Assembly: GCA_002269645.1 (NCBI GenBank)
Contig: NIVC01000151.1
Coordinates: 798,728-862,727 of the forward strand
Direction of reading: 5' to 3'
Source: Macrostomum lignano
Taxonomy: Eukaryota
DNA: 64,000 bases
In this document: in pieces, positions 12,961-26,200 of the stretch
Layout of the letters: each line of letters starts with the position of its first letter
Position numbering within the stretch: position 1 is the stretch's first letter
Position numbers and translations under genes: made by a program
Notes under the pieces: model-generated
Databases searched by the model: none
Seen by the model: only the letters and a program-made list of their open reading frames with translations
What the model was told of the DNA's origin: nothing

Positions 12961-13580
12961 GCCCCTCCCCGCACAGACCCTCCCACCCCCAGCCCCTCCC
13001 CGCACAGACCCTCCCACCCCCAGCCCCTCCCTTCCACAGACCCTCTCACCCTCCCGCCCTCAACCCCTCTTGCCCTCAGATCCTCTAGCTGTCAGATCCT
13101 CTCGCCCTCAGCCCCTCTTGCCCTCAGATCCTCCAGCTGTCAGACCCTCCCGCCCTCAGCCCCTCCCGCATACAGAACCTCCCAACTCCCAGCCCCTCCC
13201 GCCGTCAGCCTCTCTCGCCCTCAGCCCCTCCCGGCCTCAGCCCCTCCCGCCCTCAGCCTCTCGCTCTCAGATCCTCCAGCTGTCAGACCCTCGCGCCCTC
13301 AGCCCCTCCCGCCCTCAGTCCTTCAAGCCCTCAGCCCTTCAAGCCCTCAGCCCCTCCCGCCCTCAGCCCTTCAAGCCCTCAGCCCCTCCAGCCCTCAGCC
13401 CTTCAAGCCCTCAGCCCCTCCAGCCCTCAGCCCTTCAAGCCCTCAGCCCCTCCCGCCCTCAGCCCTTCAAGCCCTCAGCCCCTCCAGCCCTCAGCCCTTC
13501 AAGCCCTCAGCCCGCCCTCAGCCCTTCAAGCCCTCAGCCCCTCCCGCCCTCAGCCCTTCAAGCCCTCAGCCCCTCAACCG
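12958..13580. repeat. C-rich low-complexity minisatellite (cagcccctcccgccct / cagcccttcaagccct)
   Basis: Direct reading; source of the P/S-rich ORF 13070-13663. Confidence 0.92.
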
Positions 13581-14049
13581 TACCCGCACTCAGACTGTCA
13601 GAAACTGAAACAATCAGTGGTTGGAGCCCCTTGCTGTACTCGTACTGCGGACCCGGTCTGTAAGTTGTGCTTGAGCGCTATTGAAGCTCTTCAACCAATC
13701 AGGAGTTTGAAAGTCGTTTTCGCAAATTCTTGGCTACGGTGTGAAACAAACAGAAAGGCTTTTACCAACTAATTTGTATATTAATAAATATTTTGTCTAT
13801 GAAGTACCAGATCATCTTGCAAGGAAAGTAACATCGAAACACGAAAACGTTTGAGCTTATATAGCATTATATCTTGGAAGTGAAGTGGGAACTGTTTAGG
13901 GTGTCAAAGCAGACAAATAATTAATAAAGAGAGAACTGATGACTTTTTAAAGCAACGATATGTTAATTACTGCATTTGCTTTCATTGATATTCAGTCTGT
14001 AAAAATTTCAAAGAGCTGAGGCTGGGAACCTGCCGAGCGCTTATCAGGG

Positions 14050-14846
14050 GGCAGGTAAGATGTCAGTCAAGGGTCAGGTAAGATGTCAGTCAAGGGTCAG
14101 GTAGGATGTCAGTCAAGGGTCAGGTAAGATGTCAGTCAAGGGTCAGGTAGGATGTCAGTCAAGGGTCAGGTAAGATGTCAGTCAAGGGTCAGGTAGGATG
14201 TCAGTCAAGGGCCAGGTACTCGTAGGATGTCAGTGAGGTGGAATGTCGATCAGGTGGAATGTCGATCAGGTGGTATGTCGATCACGTGATGTCAGTCAGG
14301 TGGGATGTCAGTCAGGTGGGATGTCAGTCAGGTGGGGTGTCAGTCAGGTGGGATGTCAGTCAGGTGGGGTGTCAGTCAGGTGGGATGTCAGTCAGGTGGG
14401 ATGTCAGTCAGGTGGGATGTCAGTCAGGTGGGATGTCAGTCAGGTGGGATGTCAGTCAGGTGGGATGTCAGTCAGGTGGGATGTCAGTCAGGTGGGATGT
14501 CAGTCAGGTGGGATGTCAGTCAGGTGGGGTGTCAGTCAGGTGGGATGTCAGTCAGGTGGGATGTCAGTCAGGTGGGATGTCAGTCAGGTGGGATGTCAGT
14601 CAGGTGGGATGTCAGTCAGGTGGGATGTCAGTCAGGTGGGATGTCAGTCAGGTGGGATGTCAGTCAGGTGGGGTGTCAGTCAGGTGGGATGTCAGTCAGG
14701 TGGGATGTCAGTCAGGTGGGATGTCAGTCAGGTGGGATGTCAGTCAGGTGGGATGTCAGTCAGGTGGGATGCCAGTCAGGTGGGATGTCAGTCAGGTGGG
14801 ATGTCAGTCAGGTGGGATGTCAGTCAGGTGGGATGTCAGTCAGGTG
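14050..14846. repeat. Compound minisatellite: ~23-bp ggtcaggtaagatgtcagtcaag units, then 16-bp gggatgtcagtcaggt units
   Basis: Direct reading; the 16-bp unit runs about 14290-14846. Confidence 0.97.
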
Positions 14847-14893
14847 AAATGTAAGTTTCAGCGGTCAGACGTGGACTTTCCGTCAGTCTCCCG

Positions 14894-17800
14894 TCAGGCG
14901 AGGTGCAGCTGCAGGTTGCGGCGGAGGTCGTCGGCGAGGCCAAGGAAGGCGGTGCGCAGGGGAAGGTCACGGCGCAGGCAGGCGGCCACCCGGCTGCGGT
15001 GCAGGAAGTGCCGCACCTCCACCAGCAGCTCCTGACAGGCCCTGGCGCTCTCCCAGGCCTCGGGGCTGGCCAGCAGAAGTCGGTTCAGGGCGTCCAGCGC
15101 CTCGAACAGCTGCACGGCCGTCTCCGGGCGCATCGCTGCTACCGGGGCGCCATCGCGGATTCGACCGTAGAAGTCGAAGTGGCGCGCGCAGTGGCGCAGG
15201 CAGTCCTTGACGAAGGCGAGAAAGCCCAGCTTGTTCACCGGCTCCACGGCGAGGCGGCAGAGCAAGGCTGGGGTCAGCTCCTCCTGTCTGCGGGGTGGGG
15301 ATCGGTGGGATGGGGATCAGTGAGAATGGGGATCAGCTCCTCCTGTCTGCGGGGTGGGGATCGGTGGGATGGGGATCAGTGAGAATGGGGATCAGCTCCT
15401 CCTGTCTGCGGGGTGGGGATCGGTGGGATGGGGATCAGCTCCTCCTGTCTGCGGGGTGGGGATCGGTGGGATGGGGATCAGCTCCTCCTGTCTGCGGGGT
15501 GGGGATCGGTGGGATGGGGATCAGTGAGAATGGGGGTCAGCTAGCTCCATGTGGGGATCAACTCCGTGTGGGGATCAACTCCGTGTGGGGATCAACTCCG
15601 TGTGGGAATCAGCTCCGTGTGGGGATCAGCTCCGTGTGGGGATCAGCTCCGTGTGGGGATCAGCTCCGTGTGGGGATCAGCTCCGTGCGGGGATCAGCTC
15701 CGTGTTACGCAACGCACACAACAAGAGGCTAAGTGGCGGTCCACAAACATTCGCTACTCACGGGGCACTGAGTCATAACTGAGGGTTAAGGTAAAGGTTA
15801 ACTAAGCGCATATTCGTGAGCAGAGGGCAGGGTGACAATTGCTACAATAAATTATCAGCATCAGTTATACGCGGCTGCAATCGGCGGTTAGGTTAGCTGC
15901 AGTGCCGATGGCTGACCAGCTCGAACTCAAGTTTCGCTGTTAATTCACGGTTAAATGAATAAATACAAGCGCACTGACTATTTATCAGTAGTATAGCTGA
16001 GCTATAACCGGATTAGTTCTGCATAAACAATTATAAAACTTGCGAACCGGTCAATTTGGTGCGAAAGTATTGAATTCTCACCTGCTAAACTGGCTTGGGC
16101 TGCAATTTGAGCAAATGAAAAGTTTGTTTGAAAAAAAGTTCAGTACAGCAATTGACATGCACCTCTCAGGTTTTTCCCTACTATTTTCAAGACCATTGAT
16201 CAGGATGGCCGAAATATTTATCTTATCAACCTGGATCCAATCAACATGGATCTAATCAACCTGGATCTACTCAATCTGGGTCTAATTTAACTGAATCTAA
16301 TCAACCTGGATCTAATCAACCTGGATCTAATCCACCTGGATCTAATCAACCTGGATCTAATCAACCTGGATCCAATCAACCTGGATCCAATCAACCTGGA
16401 TCTAATCAACATGGATCTAATCAACCTGGATCTAATCAACCTGGATCTAATCAACCTGGATCCAATCAACCTGGATCCAATCAACCTGGATCCAATCAAC
16501 ATGGATCTAATCAACCTGGATCCAATCAACCTGGATCCAATCAACCTGGATCCAATCAACATGGATCTAATCAACCTGGATCTAATCAACCTGGATCTAT
16601 CAACCTGGATCTACTCAACCTGGATCTAATCAACCTGGATCTATCAACCTGGATCTAATCAACATGGATCTAATCAACCTGGATCTAATCAACCTGGATC
16701 TATCAACCTGGATCTACTCAACCTGGATCTAATCAACCTGGATCTACTCAACCTGGATCTAATCAACCTGGATCTAATCAACCAGGATCCAATCAACCTG
16801 GATCCAATCAACATGGATCCAATCAACCTGGATCCAATCAACCTGGATCTAATCAACATGGATCTAATCAACCTGGATCTAATCAACCTGGATCTATCAA
16901 CCTGGATCTAATCAACCTGGATCTAATCAACCTGGATCTAGAACATAAAATAGGAACTGTTATGAATCTGGTATGAACGGAAGGAATAAATCTGAATAAC
17001 AGCGGGAGCCTTCATCATCTGACACTTACCATCCGGCCATCAGGTGATAGAAGGTCCTCGCCCGCTCCAGCAGCAGGGCACGGTAGGTTGTCACCTGCTC
17101 CGTGACCATCTCTTGCTCGCCGTCGTCTCCCCAGGTGTGCCGGCCGTCAGCAATCACTATGAGAGAGCAGAGGGAGCTCAGCAGCAGCGGGATGAGGCGG
17201 CCCTCACCCTGGTGCAGCGAGCGCTGACGGCTGGACAGGGCCTCCGTTTCCTGCAAGGGGAATAATGAGTTTGGTAGAGGGCGGAGTTTGGTAGAGGGCG
17301 GAGTTTGGTAGAGGGCGGAGATGGTAGATGGCGGAGTTTGATAGAGGGCGGAGATGGTAGATGGCGGAGTTTGGTAGAGGGCGGAGGTGGTAAATAGCGG
17401 AGTTTGGTAGAGAGCGGAGGTGGTAAATAGCGGAGTTTGGTTGAGGGCGGAGATGGTAGATGGCGGAGTTTGATAGAGGGCGGAGATGGTAGATGGCGGA
17501 GTTTGATAGAGGGCGGAGATGGTAGATGGCGGAGTTTGGTAGAGGGCGGAGGTGGTAAATAGCGGAGTTTGGTTGAGGGCGGAGGTGGTAAATAGCGGAG
17601 TTTGATAGAGGGCGGAGATGGTAAATAGCGGAGTTTGATAGAGGGCGGAGATGGTAGATGGCGGAGTTTGGTAGAGGGCGGAGATGGTAGATGGCGGAGT
17701 TTGGTAGAGGGCGGAGATGGTAGATGGCGGAGTTTGGTAGAGGGCGGAGGTGGTAGATAGCGGAGTTTGGTAGGCAACTATGAGTGATGCCTGACTGATG

Positions 17801-20800
17801 AAAGAACTTGTAGCCAACTACAGAGCTGTGGATGGTTTCGAATATGAAGTTTTCGGCCAGTGCCCCTGCCGCACCTCGAAGGAGCAGTTCAGGGCCTGCA
17901 GGGCGTGCAGCAGAACCCTCAGCTGGTTCCCGCGCTGCCGCCTCTCGATCTCCGTTAGAGCCTCGAATGAGCGCTGTTCCTTAGCAACAGTTTCCATGGT
18001 GATAACTAACAGCTCCAACAGTCTGGGCGTCTCCCAGAACAACTTCTTGACGATAAAGTAGCGCTTGAGGGAGATGAAGAGCTCCAGCAGGAGGTCGCTG
18101 AGGGCCTCCGAGTCCCCAACCGCGCGCCCCAGGTCGCCCACCAGGCCGTCGAACAGCAGGCGGAAGTCGGACTCGCCGAGCCGCACGGAGCTGCGCCGGG
18201 TGGTCAGCAGCAGGTAGTCGGCGTCGCACTCGAGCGTCCGCTTGAGCGCCTGCTTCCTCCAGGCAGCCTTCAGCTGCTGGTAGGGCCAGTCGCTGTCCGG
18301 GTGCGACTTGCGGAAATAGTTCAGGTAAATCCGGACGGTTCGGGTGGCCGGTGCGGCCTCTGGCGGCTTCCCGCCATTGCCGACTGCGTCCGCTGGGTCT
18401 GCAGCGGCAGCGGCGGCAGCTGAGCGTCGGGAGCCGCAGCAGCCACCAGCCTTCTGGGCATTTAAGCCGCCGTCAGCTGCACCAGTACCAAGCGCTGAGG
18501 TCACCTCGGCAGGAGCGCTTGACGCTGCCGCCTGTGGTGGCGGTGCGGTGCCTGGAGCGGCCGCTGACGCCGGGCCTCTGCGAGAGCGTCGGGAGCCGCA
18601 GCAGCCCCCGCCATTCTGTGCAGTCGAACCGCCGTCAGCTGCGTCGGAGCCAAGCGCTGCAGTTGGCACGGCAGAGGCGCTTGATGCTGCCGCCTGCGAT
18701 GGCGCCGCGAGGTTTGGAGCTGCTGCTGACGGTTGGTCAGATGCCTGGCCTCTGCCAGAGCGTCGGGAGCCGCAGCAGCCACCAGCCTTCTGGGCATTTG
18801 AGCCGCCGTCAGCTGCACCAGTACCAATCGCTGAGGTCGACTCGGCAGGAGCGCTTGACGCTGCCACCTGTGGTGGCAGTGCGGTGCCTGGAGCTGTCGC
18901 TGATGCCGGGCCTTTGCGTCGGGAGCCGCAGCAGCCTCCGCCGTTCTGGGCAGTTGAGCCACCGTCAGCTGCAACGGAGTCATGCGCTGCGGTTGGCGCG
19001 GCAGAAGCGTTTGAAGCCGTCGCCGCCTGGGGGACCTGTGACGGTCGGTCAGACGTTGACAAACCTCCACGAGAGCGTCGGGCACCGCAGCAGCCGCCTT
19101 CGCTCTTGGCAGCGGGGACGTCAGCTGCGCTGCCTTCGGCACCAAGCGCTTGGGTCGGTTGGGCAGGAGCGCTCGAGGCTGCCGCCTGCGGTGGCACCGC
19201 AGTGCCAGGCGCTGCCGCTGACGCTTGGTCAGATGCCTGGCCTCTGCGAGGGCGCCGGGAGCCGCAGCCGCCACCAGCCTTCTGCGCAGTTGAGCCGTCG
19301 GCTGCGTCGGCGCCAAGCGCTTGGGTCGGCTCAGGAGTGCTCGAAGCTGCCGCCTGCGGTGGCGCTGCGGTGCCTGAGACCGCCGCTGACGGTCGGTCAG
19401 ACGCCAAGCCTCTGTGATTTTAGTTGTGTAATTTCAGGTTATCTAAGCGATCTGCACCAGCTGTCACACTGCACAACAGCCGATCTGCACCAGCTGTCAC
19501 ACTGCACAACAGCCGATCTGCACCAGCTGTCACACTGCACAACAGCCGATCTGCACCAGCTGTGACACTGCACAACAGCCGATCTGCACCAGCTGTCACA
19601 CTGCACACCAGACGATCTGCACCAGCTGTCACACTGCACAACAGCCGATCTGCACCAGCTGTCACACTGCACAACAGCTGATCTGCACCAGCTGTCACAC
19701 TGCACAACAGCTGATCTGCACCAGCTGTCACACTTCACAACAGCCGATCTGCACCAGCTGTCACACTGCACAACAGCCGATCTGCACCAGCTGTCACACT
19801 GCACAACAGCCGATCTGCACCAGCTGTCACACTGCACAACAGCCGATCTGCACCAGCTGTCACACTGCACAACAGCCGATCTGCACCAGCTGTCACACTG
19901 CACAACAGCCGATCTGCACCAGCTGTCACACTGCACAACAGCCGATCTGCACCAGCTGTCACACTGCACAACAGCCGATCTGCACCAGCTGTCACACTGC
20001 ACAACAGCCGATCTGCACCAGCTGTGACACTGCACAACAGCCGATCTGCACCAGCTGTCACACTTCACAACAGCCAATCTGCACCAGCTGTCACACTGCA
20101 CAACAGACGATCTGCACCAGCTGTCACACTGCACACCAGACGATCTGCACCAGCTGTCACACTGCACAACAGCCAATCTGCACCAGCTGTCACACTGCAC
20201 ACCAGACGATCTGCACCAGCTGTCACACTGCACAACAGCCGATCTGCACCAGCTGTCACACTGCACACCAGACGATCTGTACCAGCTGTCACACTGCACA
20301 ACAGCCGATCTGCACCAGCTGTCACACTGCACAACAGCCGATCTGCACCAGCTGTCACACTGCACAACAGCCGATCTGCACCAGCTGTCACACTGCACAA
20401 CAGCCGATCTGCACCAGCTGTCACACTGCACAACAGCCGATCTGCACCAGCTGTCACACTGCACAACAGCCGATCTGCACCAGCTGTCACACTGCACAAC
20501 AGCCGATCTGCACCAGCTGTCACACTTCACAACAGCCGATCTGCACCAGCTGTCACACTGCACAACAGCCGATCTGCACCAGCTGTGACACTGCACAACA
20601 GCCGATCTGCACCAGCTGTCACACTGCACACCAGACGATCTGCACCAGCTGTCACACTGCACAACAGCCGATCTGCACCAGCTGTCACACTGCACACCAG
20701 ACGATCTGCACCAGCTGTCACACTGCACAACAGCCGATCTGCACCAGCTGTCACACTGCACACCAGACGATCTGCACCAGCTGTCACACTGCACAACAGC

Positions 20801-21576
20801 CGATCTGCACCAGCTGTCACACTGCACACCAGACGATCTGCACCAGCTGTCACACTGCACAACAGCCGATCTGCACCAGCTGTGACACTGCACAACAGCC
20901 GATCTGCACCAGCTGTCACACTGCACACCAGACGATCTGCACCAGCTGTCACACTGCACAACAGCCGATCTGCACCAGCTGTCACACTGCACACCAGACG
21001 ATCTGCACCAGCTGTCACACTGCACAACAGCCGATCTGCACCAGCTGTCACACTGCACACCAGACGATCTGCACCAGCTGTCACACTGCACAACAGCCAA
21101 TCTGCACAAACTCACGTTAAATCCAGCCCCAGGTCGGTCTCCGTCGCTGTCACTGTGCCACTCAGTGTCCGCTGCCCCGTCAGTCCCTCGTCCGTCCCGG
21201 CTTCACCCCCTCCCGCTGGAGCCGTCTGAACTTCAATGACCATCGTGAGGATTTTCTCCACTAGAGGGATCACCAGCTTCGGTGGTCGCGTTTCCACGCG
21301 GATGGACTTGATGCTGTTCAGGTGGGCCAGGTGGTGCAGCACAATCTGTCGGGGCGGCTGCTTAGTTAACGAGGAGCCAACGGACATCTGCAGGCATCTC
21401 ACGGGGACCAGATAGAGCCGCACGTCCACCAGGATGAGGTAGAATGGCTCGAGAACTTGCTTGTCCCCAAAGAAATCGGTGAGCACCCGCTCTCTCAGCA
21501 GAACTCGCTCCCGAGCCGATAGGTCGAATGCTTCGTTGATGGCGCTGTCCAGCACCTCCAGCTCCTGGATGTCCAT
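14894..21576 (-). CDS. C12orf56/DUF4551-like protein with a large Ala-rich repeat region
   Basis: Exons 21576-21116, 19411-17875, 17250-17030 and 15267-14894. The first two junctions are in phase; the last is off by 1 nt (missing exon or indel). LLLELFISLKRYFIVKKLFWET, ALQALNCSFE|ETEALSSR and MRPETAVQLFEALDAL...EVRHFLH resemble human C12orf56 segments as I recall them (LLMELKVAAQKNFILKRLFWKT, IIQTLVLMFRETETESSR, LSPCQAVLLYQQF...EFRYFIH). Confidence 0.75.
15270..15705. repeat. Intronic minisatellites (ggggatcagctcctcctgtctgcggggtggggatcggtgggat and 19-bp gtggggatcagctccgt-type units)
   Basis: Direct reading; begins at the acceptor of the last C12orf56-like exon. Confidence 0.93.
16225..16940. 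repeat. Intronic minisatellite, 15-bp unit ctggatc(t/c)aatcaac
   Basis: Direct reading, about 47 units. Confidence 0.97.
17268..17772. repeat. Intronic minisatellite, ~33-bp unit gtttggtagagggcggagatggtagatggcgga
   Basis: Direct reading. Confidence 0.95.
19447..21108. repeat. Intronic minisatellite, 33-bp unit gatctgcaccagctgtcacactgcacaacagcc (~50 copies)
   Basis: Fills almost all of C12orf56-like intron 1 (21115-19412). Two main variants (acaacagcc / acaccagac). Confidence 0.98.
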
Positions 21577-22096
21577 TGGCAGCTGGCTGATGTTAACAGC
21601 TAGGACAGCAATGAGAAGGGTAGCTAACAAAATCAGTGACATAGTGGAGATAAACAATAATGAAGCATTAGAAAGGAAATTTATTCGAATAGTAAAAATC
21701 GAAATGGTTTCTATGATTCATGACTATAACTATTTAACTAACAAGTTGTATTTTTTCATGTACAAGTAACAATTGACATTTAAACAACTTGACTTTCATA
21801 TGCTATTTTTACCCTAACTTATAAAATTATCAATAAAAATTTATATTGATGTTTAGGATATGTATACCTGTGATGTAGGTTTTAAAATTCTGAAACTATA
21901 AGTACAAAATTGAATATCAAATTAGAAAAGAGGTTAAAAATTTGAGTTTAAAAATTCACTAAAATATATAACAATATATTGCATTTTGGTAAAATGTCGT
22001 AATTTGATGATATACAACATTTCACACTCTATCTTTGACAAGTTAAAACCGAGTAGGTGTGGCATTGAGATATTGCTATGCTAAGCTAACATGTAC

Positions 22097-22173
22097 AAAA
22101 ACCTGAATTACAATTGTAATTCACGCGGCACAATGTCGACAATGTCGACAATTACAATTGTAATTCAGGTTTT
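22097..22173. repeat. Short inverted repeat / mini-MITE hairpin
   Basis: aaaacctgaattacaattgtaatt ... aattacaattgtaattcaggtttt are perfect ~24-bp inverted arms around a ~28-nt spacer containing a caatgtcga doublet. Confidence 0.8.
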
Positions 22174-23266
22174 ATTAATTGTGGTTTTTGTTGGCATTAT
22201 CAGTATTCACGTTTACATTAAGCACCTATGTCCCATCACGTATCTCCTGGTAGTGGTACTTAACTGATTGACATGGAAAATCGTGTAATCGTGAAAAGTT
22301 ATAATTTCAAGGTATATCATTTAATTCTAATCTAAACTATTACTAAAAATATTTTAGATGTGGATTAGAACGTTAAATTGTTATTATCAGTTAAAAACCG
22401 TCTTTAAAAAGTTGTCGATCATGCCTAAACAAAGTCTTTCGATCCGATGGTTTTTTGTCTCTCTGCCTATGTCGAATACATAGCACAAAATACAATAAGA
22501 CAGGTAGACAAGTACATTAAAATACCTTACAAATTTCCAAGTTAAATGTGAAACAAGCATATTAAGGAGCCTAAATACATATAAAAAATTGCAATTAGTT
22601 AGCATTAAAAAAATTGGACATTCATATGTAACCCAAAATCTGTTTTAGTCCTACACAAAAAATATAAGAAACTGGTATTCGCTTTACTAAGCATTGGCAA
22701 AACCGGAAAAAAACGTAGATGATATATTGACGTTGTAAGATGTAGGAGTAAATCTGCTAAAAAAGTATGCTATAAAAGAGAAGAAGATTAACAGAACATT
22801 AAGAGAACATTAGGAAGATTGAAGTAGATGTTAAAGACTGCTGTTGTTACTAGTAATAAAAGATACAAGAGTGGTTTACTCTATAAGTTTCAAGCGCTCG
22901 GATTTTTGTTCCAGCGTTATAACAAAGTGAGAAATTTTACTACTAATAAATTAAATGTGACCATTATACACTTAACGTTTCAATATTTTGCTCGTAGTAA
23001 AATTAAATACGTATATTATCGTAATGCTGGCATTGGAGTTACATTATACAATATTTTTTAATTTTATTTTTCGTTTTCGTTTTTGCAATTAAATAATATT
23101 TCTTCTACAGCGAGTAAGTAGATATAGTAAAGATAGGCCAATATTCTAGTGCGAATCCAGATTCTAAACAGTGTCTTGAAGAATCCTTTTCTGTTTTTAG
23201 CTTAAATCCAGCTTGTTCTTTAATATTAGTTATATTTAGGTCTCCACTCCAAGTCATACAACTACA

Positions 23267-26200
23267 ATGCAAGAAAGAAAACGAACTATTTTAATAGGTG
23301 TAGCTGGAGGCAGCTCATCTGGAAAGGTAAAAATCACTTTTCTTGTTTTAAAAAATAAAAAAATATTTCTACTGGAATGACAGCTGAAATGGTAAGGTCT
23401 GGAGTGCATTAAGGACAAAACAAGGTCATTGCTAGGCCTCTATGCTGACTAGTGACTACATGCATATACAACAACAACAACAACAAAATACGCTGTCATG
23501 ATGGTAAAAGTCAGCGTCACAGGGCGCGCTTCATGGCTTGGGCGCGAACAAAGGCCGCGCCACCGGCAGTGTCCGGGGCGCCGGCGTCAGCCAGCAGACA
23601 GTCGACATAACGCCGAGTTCGCGCTTGACCTCGCCGGTAGGGTGCCTGCAGCGTGAGCAGCAGCACCTCCTGCACCGGCTGTGGGCAGTACGACTCGGCG
23701 CGGATGAGATGGCCTGCGAGCTGGAGTCGCCGACGGCGCAGTAGATCACTTGGACGTGGCAGGCCAGCGCGGCGATAGAGTGCCGCGTTGGTAACTCGCT
23801 CGACGCCGATGTTGAAGGCGGCGCGTAGCAGACCAGCGTGCGCCGCATCGACTTGCTGTTCGAGTGAGTCCGTCAGCGTCCAGGTCTCGGCGTTGTACAG
23901 CAGGACGGTCTCGATTACCGCCTGGAACAGCGCCGCCCTCTGGCGGTCCGGTAGGGCCTCGGACTGCAGGACTGCCCTCACAGAACGAAAGGCAGCCCAG
24001 GCAAGCCCGCGGCGGCGTCGCAGGTCCTCGCGAGCGTCTGGAACCAGACCGCCGAGGTAGACGAACTGCTGACATCGCGGGAGTTCGGTCGCCTGCCCGT
24101 CAGCGCCTCGGCAAAATATTGCAGCCTCGATGTCATCCGGCATGCAGAGCACAACGGTCTTCTGCGTGTTGACCACCAGGCCGACACTCGCTGCAACGGC
24201 AACCAGCCTGTCCAGCTGCCGTTGGGCGCCCTCGACGGTCGAGGACAGCAGGGCGAGGTCGTCGGCGTAGCCAAGCACGCTGAGCCGCTTCTCCGGTTGA
24301 CGTCGACCCACGCGTCGCTGCAGCAGAAAACCGTCGTCGTCGGTAGGAAGAGCAGTCCGCAGCACCCAGTCAAGCACCAGGACGAACAGGAACGGCGCCA
24401 GCGTATCTCCCTGAAGCACTCCGGAGGATGTCTCAAAGGAGTCCGATAGGCCGTCCGGTGTTGTCACAGCAGCTGTCGTATCACGGTACATCGCCATGAT
24501 GGCGGAGATCAGCTGCTCAGGCACGTTGTACGCGCGGAGCACCATTGGAAGCATGGCTCTGACAACCGAGTCGAATGCCTTCTTGAAATCAATAAAGATT
24601 AACATGCATATGTATATGCTATTGCTACCCCTATGCATCTGTCAAAGCTTATCAATATGCACTTTGCACATTCAATGGCTGATAATAGAATGGCCACATC
24701 CAGGAAGATAGCCTGTATATACTCAAATTAATATTAGTAACCCAAATTTGTTTTAGGGCCTATACTAGGGCCTAGTCCAAGACCAATGTATGCCAATTTT
24801 TTTCATCCCATTATAAGCAATAATGGGCATTCTCAAATCATTCATTCAACTCTCTTTTCAATATAACAATTATAAATCAGTATATAAATATACAAATATC
24901 TCAATTGACATAGCATAAATATACTTAGGAGCAAAGTGTCTCCAGGGTCTAGATTGTGTAGTCCATTTTGCGGATGGTGGGGTGTATGCTGGAAAATTCC
25001 GGTGTACACTTGATTTCTGTGGCGTACACCAGCGTACATTTCTTGGCTGTGTACAGTGTGGCATACAGTGTGGTATATGGGGACTGGCGTAAAAATTAAT
25101 ATAAAGAATTTTTGTGCTTTTTCTATGTTAAGTTATTTCAAAAACCATTTTTTCTGACAAGTATAACTTTGGCCGTCAACTTTTCCATCAACTTTTCTGT
25201 TAACTTTTCCGTTAACTATTCCGTCAACTATTCTGTCAACTTTTTGTGTTAGTAGAATAAATAACTTCCGTTAACTATTCCGTCAACTTTTCCGTCAACT
25301 TTTCCATCAACTTTTCCGTTAACTTTTCCGTTAACTATTCCATCAAGTATTCCGATAAATTCTTCCGTTAACTCTTCCGTCAACATTTCCGTTTACTATT
25401 CCATTAACTTTTCCACCAAATATCTCATCACTTTTCCATTAACTATTTCATCAACATTTATGCAAGTCCGTAAAATATATTCTATCAAATTTTTTGTGTA
25501 CTCTGAATGGAAAGTGTTAATTTTTTGCATAAGTGCAGTTTCCGTAGCAATTTTTATACTGCTTTAAATTTGTTGAGTATATACACATGTACACGTATAA
25601 ATTAGAAATAAAAAAAACACGCAAAAATTTCCAGCGCAACATGTTCCAGAATTTAATTGGTATTGCTGCACTACCTGCACTACAACATCTGCACTTGTTC
25701 ATTGATTTATCTTTGTGAAATAAAGCGCTGGTACTAGGGAAAATGGAAAAGATGTACGTTGTTACTAACACAGGCTTGTTTTTTCATTGATATATATAAG
25801 CATGCAAACACAATAAATGATCAAAGAGCTACTCGCATGATGATCCTATTTGAGAAAGTCACATATGTTTTTTCAGAACAATAAATTGTTGACGGAAAAT
25901 TTGACGGAATACTTGACGGAAAAGTTGACGGAAAAGTTAACGGAAAAGTTGACGGAAAAGTTAACAGAAAAGTTAACGAAAAAGTTGATGGAAAAGTTGA
26001 CGGGAAGGTTGACGGGGGAGTTGACGGCCAAAGTTATACTCGTTTTTTCTGCTACTATTTTCTCATTTACCAATCATTTTAATTATCAGAATTGTCACGA
26101 CAATCGTCATATTGTTATCAATTTTTTGTAGTTTAAATTTAAATTTAAATATTTGTTGATTTTTTTACTGTTTTTTAAGTTGGCGCACATTTAAAATCTG

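Noticed and set aside
17785-17874. Frameshifted extension of C12orf56-like exon 2 (ALAENFIFETIHSSVVGYKFFHQS)
   Set aside because: A GT donor after ...NCSFE at 17875 joins ETEALSSR in phase and restores alignment to the recalled homologue, so no frameshift is needed.
18344-19565. Plus-strand and alternate-frame ORFs over the C12orf56-like repeat exon
   Set aside because: Shadow ORFs of GC-rich coding DNA; only one minus frame splices in phase to conserved flanking exons.
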